From Thermoanaerobaculia bacterium (GTDB taxonomy: Bacteria; Acidobacteriota; Thermoanaerobaculia; UBA5066): a stretch of DNA of 64,000 nt. The notes under the pieces were generated by a model. It was not told the origin of the DNA, ran no database searches, and was given only the letters and a program-made list of their open reading frames with translations. The stretch is from positions 1 to 64,000 of the forward strand of contig CAVRAY010000002.1 in NCBI GenBank assembly GCA_963719225.1, read 5' to 3'. Of the stretch, positions 20,049-31,704 are shown in pieces; the first letter of the stretch is position 1, and every line of letters starts with the position of its first letter. The position numbers were made by a program, and so were the translations under genes.

Positions 20049-20080
20049 CCTCCTATAGGACGGTTAGTAGCGAGATTCTA
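20049..20080 (-). promoter_or_regulatory. Putative -10 box and strong Shine-Dalgarno for the stand-alone domain gene
   Basis: TAGAAT at 20080-20075 and AGGAGG at 20054-20049, in an AT-rich spacer. Confidence 0.55.
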
Positions 20081-20113
20081 TCTCAAGTAGTTTCAGAAGG
20101 AAGTGTAAAGATC

Positions 20114-22038
20114 TCACTGGAAATATCCGTTCACGTCAAGGATGAAAGTCCACTGGAGCGGCGGAATTGTTGAAAACAGAGAAGGTTGTGGTCGTCGCCG
20201 AGAGGTAGACGAGGGCATTGTTCGCCCGGGTCTTGAGGGCCGGAAGCTGATGGAGCTGGTGTTCGGCGAGAGAGACATCGGACGGGTACAGGACGAGCTC
20301 CCCCGGGGCCCCCACGTTCGTCACCGTGAGGTTCGCCGAGAGCGAGATGCCGCTCGCAGGGATCCCGCAGACACTCCCGACGTTAAAGCGACGCGGGTTG
20401 ACGGGCGAGCCCAGCGGCTGCAGGGCGGGGGCCCCGAGCGGGTTCACGGGATTTCGCGTGTCGATGACGCGACAGGGCGTGAGCGAATGGAACTTGGTCG
20501 CGACGGGGCGCGCGGCGCGCAGGTAGGCGTGCCGGGCACGACGCCCGAATGGCGTGCGTCGTGGCGGAACTGACCCCACGGCAGGACGCCGGTGGCCTTC
20601 GGGTTCCAGACGTAGACGAGAGAATTCGGGTACGACGGGAACGGCGTTCCCGCGATCGCGGCGACCTCGACGGCCGCGCCGTCCGACTCGAAGTCATCCA
20701 CCGCGACGCCTCCGACGGCGCCCGCGACATTGAAGAGAAGCCTCCCGCAGGATGACTGCCGTCGTCCGTGAGCTGGACGCCCGTGTTCGAGAAGACGCAG
20801 ATCTCGCCGTTCGTCGGGACGAGGACCTCGGGCTCAGGGCCGTTGAGGATGTCCGCGATGACGGGATCGCCGGCGTTCGTGGTCGCGTGAGTCAAGTTGA
20901 ACGAATAATCCTTCGGTTGCCGGCTCCAGAGGAGCGCACCCGTACCCTTGAACGCGTAGACGTGGAACGTCGCGCTCGGACCGGAGTTGTCGTCGCACGC
21001 GACGACGTCGGGAATGCCGTCACCGTCGAGATCGCCGAGCGCGGGCGCGTTCACGACCTGCCCGTCCACGCTCACGGGCCAGTTGAGCACGGGCGAGCCG
21101 TCGCAGTGGAACGCGTACACCTTGTGCGCGCGCCCGGCGAAGTAGTTGGCCGTGCCGATCACGATCTCCGGCTTGCCGTCGCCGTCGATGTCGCCGATCG
21201 CCGGCGAGCTGGAAATCGCCTGGTCCATGGGGATCGGAAACCCCGGAAGCTCCGTACCGTCCGGCCGGAAGGCGTGCACCCGGCCGCCGGTGCCGATCGA
21301 GTAGTCGGCTCCGATGACGATCTCGAGCTTGCCGTCGCCGTCGAGGTCGAAGAGGGCGGGAGACGAAAAGATCGTGTCCGTGTTCGCGTAGGGCCAACCC
21401 GGCTTGTCGAACCCGTTGCGCCCGTCGACGAGATAGATCCTGTAGTCCAGGCCCCCGATCGCGACTTCCACGATGCCGTCGCCGTCCACGTCGCCGATCG
21501 CGGGGCTCGACATGACGGGGTCGGTCAACCCCGCCGGCGGCTCGGTGTCGAGCGTGGCGCGATCCCAGAGCTGCGTGAAGACGGGGCTCGCCGCGGGACC
21601 GTGATTCTTGTACGCGCGGAACCCGCCGGGCTTCGAGGTGTCGAAGGTCGAGCCGTAGCCGACGACGATGTCCGGCAGCCCGTCCCCGTCGAGGTCGCCG
21701 ACGGCGGGCGTCGAGTACACGTCTGCCGGCAACACGAGCGGCATGCCCGCCGGAACCGTGCCGTCGTATTTCACGACCCAGAGCTGGCCGCCGGCGTTGC
21801 CGAACACGACGGACTTGTGTCCCGGCGTGAGGGCGAGGTCCGCGATCACGGGCTTGCCGTGCGCGGCCCCGAGCTGGCTTGCTCCGGGCCCCGGCACGGT
21901 CTTCGGGAAGCCGGCCTTCGCGGAGCCGGGGGGCGGGCAGGGCTGCCCGACCGGGACACATGCGGCAGCGCTCACCTCCGGCGACCTCGCGAGAATTGCG
22001 AGGGCGAAGGCGGCAAGCGCGACGTTTTTCGACTTCAT
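20114..22038 (-). CDS. Secreted FG-GAP/VCBS-repeat beta-propeller protein with the shared C-terminal domain; frameshifted
   Basis: Signal peptide [17 protein letters not shown]. Five repeats of type S[ST]PAxGDxDGDGxx[ED]IV. C-terminus in ORFs 20444..20701 and 20136..20579, ending ILDVNGYFQ* at 20114. Confidence 0.8.
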
Positions 22039-23421
22039 TCGAAGTACCCCGTCACGTCGATCACGAGATCGAGCGTGCCCGCGGCGTTGTTCTTCACCGT
22101 TGCACGCCCCGTGCCGTCGCGGGCGAGGAGGACGTAGGCGTTGTTCGCCCGCGTCCGGCTCGCGCGAAAGCTGATCGACGAGGCGTTCGGGATGCCCGTC
22201 CCCGCGGGATAGATTACGAGGTCGCCGGTCGCCTGCGGCGTGACGACCGTCACGTTGAGCGCGACGGACGTCGCCGCGGCCGGCACGCCGCAGGCCCCCG
22301 TGAGCGTGAACGTGCGCGTCGCGTTCGCGGCGAGCGCGGGGCCGCCGAGCGGCCCGGTGGGCCTGCGCGTGTCGACGAGCCGGCAGGGAATGACGGCGTG
22401 CAGCATCGACGTGACGGGGGGTGCTGCAGGCTGCCAGCCGAGCTGGAGCACCTCGAAATCGCTCGCGTGGATCCCGGAGAAGGCGGGATTCAGGACGCCG
22501 TTGTTCCAGCGCGTGTCGTAAGTGCCCTGCACGTAGAGGTCCGTTCCATTGTCCGCGACGATGAGGCCGTACGTCTTCATCGCCTGGAACATCTTCTGGG
22601 CGATCGCGGGGAACGTCGAGAGGTCCTTGCCCGCTTTGAGGCGCAGGCGCGTGCCCAGAGGAGGCGCGTTCGGGTTCGAGCCCGCGACGTGCGACGCCGG
22701 AAAGACGTAGCCGTTCGAGTCGCGCAGCGTGACGCGAAACGCGTGCTGGATGGGACCCGCCGCGGTGGCCTCGTCGTAACGCACGAGGCCGGGCAGGATC
22801 GCGAGGCCGGCGGCGTCGGCGCTCGTCCACCCCTGAGGCCGCCGCGCGTTGCTGTCGAGGGAGAAGACGGCGCCCGAGCCCGCGCGCCACGTGCACGAGG
22901 CGGAGCCTGCGGGCAGACAGCGCGTATTCCAGGTCTCGAAGAGGAAGCGGTGACCCGAGTCGACGATCAGCATGTGCTTGTCGCCCCGGCACGGGGACGT
23001 CGGGTACGAAGAATCGCAGTTGCCGGGATAGCCGCCTTCGATCCAGTGCGGCTGCGTTTTCGCTTCGACGGGGATCGGATAGCCTGAAGGCCGGCCGGAC
23101 GCGCCCGTGTCGCTCTCCGTCGCGTAGTCGAACGCCACGGACTCGAGCGGCTGCGTGCCGGGCACGACGATGTACGGCATGCCGTAGATCGCCGTCGCCC
23201 CCGCGTCTCCGCCGAAATCCGGATGCATCCCCTTCGTTCCGCCGATCCACGTGATGTACGTCGCGCTGTTTGTGTCCACGGGTGCCGAGGTCACGTCGGC
23301 GTTCCACCAGCTGTCCGCGGGAAGAAGCGGCAGCGGTCCCGGCAGCGGCCCGCCCTGCACCTGGCCGAGCGCCGCGCCGGCTGCGGCGAGAAACGTGACG
23401 ACGAGCGCAACGAGCGGTCGG

Positions 23422-23438
<17 letters not shown>
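22035..23438 (-). CDS. Secreted protein: uncharacterised N-terminal domain plus the shared C-terminal domain
   Basis: Signal peptide; [38 protein letters not shown]; ends VIDVTGYFE*. Confidence 0.85.
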
Positions 23439-25762
<2,324 letters not shown>

Positions 25763-25779
<17 letters not shown>

Positions 25780-27559
25780 TCACGTCGGCCACGAAGTCGA
25801 GCGCGCCGCCGGAATTGTTCCGCGCCACGATGGCGCCGTCGAGCGCGAGGTAGATCTGTACCGAGTTCGCGCGCGTCCGGCCCGCGCGGAAGCTGATCGA
25901 GGAAGCCGTGGGGGCTGACATCCCGCCGGGAAAGACGAGGAGGCCCCCCTGCGCCGCGGGATTCACGACGGTGACGTTCGCGGAGACCGCGACGGCTCCG
26001 GAGGGAACGCCGCAGTTGCCGGGCACGATGAACGTCCGCTGCCCGGCGCCGCTGATGGCGGGGCCGCCGAGAGGCCCGGCCGCGTTGCGCGTGTCGAGGA
26101 GCCGGCAGGGCGTGAGCGGATGGAACGTCGTCGCGGCCGAGACGGGCGGCGGCGGCAATCCGCCGCCCCCGCCGCCCACGACGGCGAGGCAGCCGGCTGA
26201 GGCGCCCGTGTCGAGCGTCGAGCCCACGTACCGCGAGATCGTCTCCGGATGGAACGCGTACGTCGTCCCGGAGTTGCAGGGCCCGATGTGGCAGTAGCTC
26301 ATGATCGTGCCCGCTGCGCTGTAGCCGTTGATCATCAACGGAGCCGGGCAGGAAGTCGGGCCCGTGTAACAGGACTGCCCGTTGTAACAATGATCGGGCG
26401 CCGGGGCGGCGTAGCAGTGCGTGTGCGGCGAGCCGAGGTTGTGGCCGGTCTCGTGTCCGACGATGAGGGTGTCGCCGAGAAGGTACGGCGTCTTGAAGAG
26501 CTGGCAGAAGCTGTAGTCGTAGGAATCTCCGCAGACCGAGCTCGCAAGCCAGGCGATGCCGGAGGCGGAGTTGGTGCCCGGTTGCTTCCCGGACAACATC
26601 GCGGCGACGGAACGCGGATACGTCGCGTTCGAATAGGTCGCGTTCCAATAATTCGTGAACTCGGTGAGCTCCGGCCCGTCGGCGTTCCCATTGTCGTTCA
26701 CGTTGTAGGGATCCGCGACCGTCGAGACGCGGAGGAACGTCGTGCCCTGGAGCAGGCGCAAATTCAGGTCCCGCTCGTACATCACGTTGACCGACGCGAT
26801 GAGCTGCGCGATGTAGTTCGTCGCGTTCGTCGTGTTGTTCGACCAGTACGCCATGTACTCGTTGTCGGTGTCGACCGCGAGGACCCCGCTGTGGAGAGTG
26901 GACAGGGCGTTCGAGCGGCGCGGCGGGAGAGCCTCGGCGCTCCTTGTCGGAGCGGGCTCCCACGAAACCGCGGTCTCGACGGAGTCCTCCTGGCCGCATC
27001 TCCACGCGGCTCCTTCCGGGACGCGCGGCCGTGCCAGGAGATGCCGCTCTCTCGAGTCCGCGACGTCCCGCGCGATCTCGTGCGTTCCCTCCGGCCCGTG
27101 GACGAGGCCGGAGAACGTACGGGTGGCGGGATCGAGCGCGACGAAGAGGCGGTTGCCGGCGCCCTCCAGATCCGATCCCCAGAAGAAGACGAGCTTCGAG
27201 CGCGGCACTTCGGTCCGGAACGGACCCTCGACCCGATAGATGCGCGCGCCCTCGGCGTAGATCTCGTGGCGGACGAGATGGACCCTCCGGCGTACGCCCG
27301 GCGCGGTCGGGAACGCGTCGATCTCGCGTCCCTCTTCGGGTGCCAGCGCGAGGAGCGCGGGCGCGACTTTCTCGTCGACGGAGAAGAGCTCGGCGAGTCC
27401 GCGGTCGGCCGGCAGGTCGACGATCTGGCCGGGGCCTCCGGCCCGAATGGGATTTCCCCGGGCGCCCGCCGCGCCGGCAGGATCGGAAAAGACGAAGGCG
27501 GCGACCGTCAGGCCCGCCCAAATGACGACACGTCTTCCCATACGCCAAAGTGAAGTCAT
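25763..27559 (-). CDS. Secreted M12/reprolysin-like zinc metalloprotease + shared C-terminal domain
   Basis: [11 protein letters not shown] and GTIMSYCH; Gly/Pro linker; ends VADVNGYYQ*. Start at ATG 27559 or 27541. Confidence 0.9.
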
Positions 27560-27764
27560 TCTCTTATTCACAGTCCTTGCCGCAACCCCTGCCCCGTGCC
27601 CCAAATAGGATTCTTCGCTATGAAGTGCGGAACCCTAACGTTTCGTTGATCTTACTTCTCCGGTGCAGCCCGAGGCGAGATTGTTCTTCAAGATTCGCAG
27701 GGGTTGTCCGCGGAGGGACGGTGTCAAAAATTGGTGGTCATGCGGGGGACACCCGCAGTTTTCG

Positions 27765-28283
27765 TCAGCGCCGCCGCGCGGACTTCATCTCTGCACGCGC
27801 TTCGCGATCGGCTTCGCGGCGGCGGATCGTCTCGCGCTTGTCGTGCAGCTTCTTGCCGGTCACGAGCGCGATCTCGACCTTGACCCTCGGTCCCTTGAAG
27901 TAGAGGTTGAGCGGCACGCACGTGGCGCCCGATCTCTGGATCTTCGAGGCGAGACGGACGATCTCGCGCTTGTGCAGGAGGAGCTTGCGGTTTCGCTTCG
28001 AGTCCACGTTGTTGTAGCTGCCCGCGCCGTACGGGGGGATGTGGACGTTCCAGAGCCAGGCTTCGCCTCCGGCCACCGCCACGTAGCCGTCCTGCAGGCT
28101 GGCCCTCCCTTCTCGGAGCGATTTCACCTCGGTTCCCGTCAGCGCGACGCCGGCCTCGAGCTTCTCCTCGATGTTGTACTCGTGAAAGGCGCGCCGGTTC
28201 GAGGCGATCGGCCGGTTGCCGGCGTTCTTCTGGGCGGCGCGCGCGGCCGCCTTCTCGCCCTGCCTCTCGATCCGGGACTTCAC
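27765..28283 (-). CDS. smpB: SsrA-binding protein
   Basis: NRRAFHEY, EAGVALTGTEVKSLR, RKLLLHKREI, GKKLHDKR. Confidence 0.97.
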   Translation of the reverse strand: MKSRIERQGEKAAARAAQKNAGNRPIASNRRAFHEYNIEEKLEAGVALTGTEVKSLREGRASLQDGYVAVAGGEAWLWNVHIPPYGAGSYNNVDSKRNRKLLLHKREIVRLASKIQRSGATCVPLNLYFKGPRVKVEIALVTGKKLHDKRETIRRREADREARAEMKSARRR

Positions 28284-28296
28284 GGCGGTCTCGTGG

Positions 28297-30033
28297 TCAG
28301 TCCGACGCGTCCGCGACCATCCGCTTGAACTCGGGCGTGAGCTCGGGATCGAACTGCGTGCCCGCCTTCGAATCGAGGATGTCGATCGCCTGGTAGTCCG
28401 ACAGGACGGCGCGGTACGACGTCGGCGACGTCATGGCGTCGAACGCTTCGCACAGGTGAATGAGGCGCGCGCCGAGGGGAATCTCCTCGCCCTTCAGCCC
28501 GTCGGGATAGCCTCCGCCGTCCCACCTTTCGTGGTGGTGCCGGATGAGCGGGGCGATCGGGTACGGCCATGGAATGTCCTCGACGAGGAACGCCCCCACG
28601 CGCGGGTGCTGGCGCACGAGAGCCAGCTCCTCGTCGGTCAGCGTGCGCTTGGAGTAGATGGTGTCGTAGTTGAGCTCGCGCATCCCGATGTCGTGGAGGA
28701 TGCCGGCCACCGTGATCTGCTCGACTTCCATCGGCGTCACGCCGAGCTGGGCGGCGAGCTTGCGGGCCAGGCGGCCGACGTTGAAGCAATGCGTCTTGAG
28801 GGCCGTGCGTTTCACGAGGCCCGGCTCGAGGAGCTTGTTGACGAGCCCCCGGTACGCCTCGCGGAACCGCGCTTCGCTGCGGTTGCCCGCGAGGACGTTT
28901 CTCAGGACGACGTGCGCGGCACGCAGCGCCTCGCGCACTTCCGGGTTCGGGCCGTGGCGGAAAAGGAGAGAGAACAGGACGACGCCCTCGGCCGAGCTGT
29001 CGAGAACGCTCGACTGGATGGAGACGATCTCGGCCCGGCGCACGGCGGGCGCGCCCCCGTGAGGCGTGTCGAGAGGCCGCCAGGACGGATCGGAGATGAA
29101 CGAGAACGGGACCGCCGTCTTGGCGAAGATCTTCTCGAGGTTCTCGAGGAGCGCGGGCGCGATGTCCGCGTCGAGCGGACGCCGCGCCGCGATCGTGACG
29201 GTCGCGCCGCCGGGAACGAAGGACGAGACGGCCGCGACTTCGACCTCTTCGTAGCTCAGACAGGTCGGGAGGTAGAGCGCGATGAACTCGGCCTCGCGCG
29301 GCGTGAGGCCGCCGCCCGACGCCGCGGCGACCTTCCCGGGAGCGCTGCGCGAGAGCGTCTCCTCGACGAGACGGTTCGCGCGCGCGATCGCGCTCGGGAG
29401 CGGCCCCGCGGCGTCGGTGTCTGGCTCGGTCGCAATGGTGGCGGGCCTCCGGAAGATGCCCGACGTCGAGAGCTGCGCCGTCGAAAATCCCGACGTGCGC
29501 TCGGGCGCGGGCCCTGTTACGGCGGTCATTCGGTCGAGCGAACGCTCGATCTGCGGGGGCGGCTCGGCGAAGATCACGTTCCCTGCCCCGCGCGCGTCCG
29601 CGATGCGGCGCAGCTCGATCGCGAAGCGGCGCAGAAGGTCGGAGATCTCGAGCACGTCGTCCTGGGAAAAGCCCTGACGGCCGGCCTTTTCGCGCACGTC
29701 GACGAGTCCCATGATCCGTCCGTCGAGATAGAGAGGCGCGAGAAGCATGCGCGTGGACGTCGCCTGCACCATCACGTCCGTCAGCTTTCCCGCGAGATTC
29801 ACGTTGTTGACGAACGTGGGCTCGCGGTGCTCGTAGATGTGGTTCACGAGCGTGTCGTTGCGGCCGAGCCGTTCGGCGAGGTGGTCCGTGCGGCCGAAGC
29901 CGAACTGAGCCTTCAGCCGGAACGTGCCGCTCGCCGGATCGAGCGTGTAGAACGCCGCCTTGGCCGGCCGCCATTTCTGGCCGAGCACGGCGAGAAAGTC
30001 CTGATAGTACTTCTCCTCAGAGGGCGCGAGCAC
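28297..30033 (-). CDS. GAF-like + HD-GYP cyclic-dinucleotide phosphodiesterase
   Basis: ILHDIG; HHERWDGGGYPDGLKGEEIPLGAR; GTQFDP. Confidence 0.88.
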   Translation of the reverse strand: MLAPSEEKYYQDFLAVLGQKWRPAKAAFYTLDPASGTFRLKAQFGFGRTDHLAERLGRNDTLVNHIYEHREPTFVNNVNLAGKLTDVMVQATSTRMLLAPLYLDGRIMGLVDVREKAGRQGFSQDDVLEISDLLRRFAIELRRIADARGAGNVIFAEPPPQIERSLDRMTAVTGPAPERTSGFSTAQLSTSGIFRRPATIATEPDTDAAGPLPSAIARANRLVEETLSRSAPGKVAAASGGGLTPREAEFIALYLPTCLSYEEVEVAAVSSFVPGGATVTIAARRPLDADIAPALLENLEKIFAKTAVPFSFISDPSWRPLDTPHGGAPAVRRAEIVSIQSSVLDSSAEGVVLFSLLFRHGPNPEVREALRAAHVVLRNVLAGNRSEARFREAYRGLVNKLLEPGLVKRTALKTHCFNVGRLARKLAAQLGVTPMEVEQITVAGILHDIGMRELNYDTIYSKRTLTDEELALVRQHPRVGAFLVEDIPWPYPIAPLIRHHHERWDGGGYPDGLKGEEIPLGARLIHLCEAFDAMTSPTSYRAVLSDYQAIDILDSKAGTQFDPELTPEFKRMVADASD

Positions 30034-30198
30034 GGCAGCCTCCCGGACGCTACGAGGATATCAGCCGTCATTTTGCACGAAGCGCTCCCGCGCCGGCAGT
30101 GTGACGGAAAAGCCGCAGGTGAGGGGTTTCCGCCACACACGGCGTCTCCGGGCGAGGCCGCGACGATCGAAATCCCGAGGAAAAGGGCGGTTGTGCCG

Positions 30199-30214
30199 TG
30201 GCATCCGCCGTGCA
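30199..30214 (+). promoter_or_regulatory. Putative sigma54 -24/-12 promoter for lpxC
   Basis: TGGCATCCGCCGTGCA = GG-N10-GC, ending 13 nt before ATG 30228. Confidence 0.55.
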
Positions 30215-30227
30215 AATCCTGCTTCGA

Positions 30228-31100
30228 ATGCGCGCGCAGAGCACACTGGTCCGGCGCGTCCGGCTGGCCGGCATCGGCCTGCACACGGGCCGGCACGTCC
30301 GGGTAGTGCTGCATCCGGCGCGCGCGGACCACGGGATCGTCTTCTACCGTTCGGACGTCGACGCGTTCGTTCCGGCCGTCGCCGAGGCGGCGGGACGCTT
30401 CGATCACGCGACGTCGCTCGGCGAGCGCGGCCGCGAGGTCGCGACCGTCGAGCACTTCCTGTCCGCGGCCCTGGGCGCGGGCCTCGACAACGTCCTCGTG
30501 GAGCTCGACGGTCCCGAGGTGCCCATCCTCGACGGCAGCGCGCTCCCCTGGCTCGACGCTTTCCAAACCGCCGGCCTGGTCGCGCTGAACGCGCGCGCCG
30601 CCCCGTTCGTTCCCTCGCGCGTCCTCGCCGTTTCCGACGGCGCCCGGAAGGTCGAGATTCGCCCCGCTCGGGACCTGCGCGTGACCTACACGATCGATTT
30701 CCCGAACCCGGCCGTCGGGCGGCAGTCCATGACCGTGGTTCTCACGCCCGAGTCGTACGCCGCGCACATCGCGCCCGCTCGCACGTTCGGGTTTCTCGCC
30801 GAATACGAGATGCTCAAGGCGCACGGACTCGCCCGCGGAGCCCGGGAGGACAACTGCATCGTGGTGGGCAACGACCGCGTCGAGAACGGCGAGCTGCGCT
30901 TCGCGGACGAGTTCGTGCGGCACAAGGCCCTCGACCTGCTCGGCGACCTCGCGCTCGTCGGGCGTCCGCTTCTCGGTCACGTGGTCGCGCACAAGGCCGG
31001 CCACAGGATGCATGCGGCGCTTGCGAGCCTTCTGCGCGAGGAGAGCCGCGCGGCATTCGGGACGCCCGAGCGCGCCGCGGCTCGCAACTCTCGAAACTGA
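30228..31100 (+). CDS. lpxC: UDP-3-O-acyl-N-acetylglucosamine deacetylase
   Basis: GIGLHTG, TVEH, EVPILDGSA, ARTFGF, HKALDLLGDL, KAGH. Confidence 0.96.
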   Translation: MRAQSTLVRRVRLAGIGLHTGRHVRVVLHPARADHGIVFYRSDVDAFVPAVAEAAGRFDHATSLGERGREVATVEHFLSAALGAGLDNVLVELDGPEVPILDGSALPWLDAFQTAGLVALNARAAPFVPSRVLAVSDGARKVEIRPARDLRVTYTIDFPNPAVGRQSMTVVLTPESYAAHIAPARTFGFLAEYEMLKAHGLARGAREDNCIVVGNDRVENGELRFADEFVRHKALDLLGDLALVGRPLLGHVVAHKAGHRMHAALASLLREESRAAFGTPERAAARNSRN

Positions 31101-31131
31101 CCGAATCCCGCCGACCCGCTAAAGTCGGGGG

Positions 31132-31704
31132 GTGCGCATCCCGACCGCCGCAGCTCTCCTGGCCGCGTTTCTCGCCGGAGCGGGCCCGGCCCGGGCGATC
31201 GTCTCCGACCAGGGCCCCGTGATCCCGGGCGTCTCGACCTGGGTCACGGGGCGTGATCTCCACGTCGACACGCGCCTTTCGCCCGCTCTCCCCGAGTACG
31301 TCCTGCAGCGCCTCGCCTCGGGACTCCCGACGACCGTCACGTGGGAGCTGCGCCTCTTTTCGTTCCGCAACCTCTGGTTCGACGGCCTCAAGGACGAGAG
31401 GCGCTATGCCGTGACGGCCACGTTCCGGCCCGTCTCGTCGGACTACGCCGTCGAGCGCCGCCTCGACGCGCGTCTCATCGACACGAGAGTCGTGCCGACG
31501 CGCGAGGAGGCCGCGTCCGCGCTCGCGAAAGTGCCGGGCCTGGCGTTCTTCACGATGGGCGACCACCTGCTCGGCAAGAAGCTGCTGGTCCGCGTGCGCT
31601 GTCTCTACGGCAGCGGCGTGGCCCTGGGCGTGGTGCCCACGAGCGCCGAGACCTCCTGGGTGCGGTCGGGGATCTTCGTGTGGACGGCGACCGGCGCGCG
31701 CTGA
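31132..31704 (+). CDS. DUF4390-like periplasmic protein
   Basis: Signal peptide; LASGLPTTVTWELRL; typical position upstream of an NtrY-like kinase. Confidence 0.7.
   Translation: MRIPTAAALLAAFLAGAGPARAIVSDQGPVIPGVSTWVTGRDLHVDTRLSPALPEYVLQRLASGLPTTVTWELRLFSFRNLWFDGLKDERRYAVTATFRPVSSDYAVERRLDARLIDTRVVPTREEAASALAKVPGLAFFTMGDHLLGKKLLVRVRCLYGSGVALGVVPTSAETSWVRSGIFVWTATGAR

Noticed and set aside
27575-27604. Sigma54 promoter for the protease cluster
   Set aside because: GG-N10-GC can be forced, but TGGCA and TTGC are not correctly spaced.
27600-27765. Intact tmRNA gene next to smpB
   Set aside because: The interval is too short and lacks the 5' end, T-loop and tag ORF; only a weak 3'-like relic is noted.
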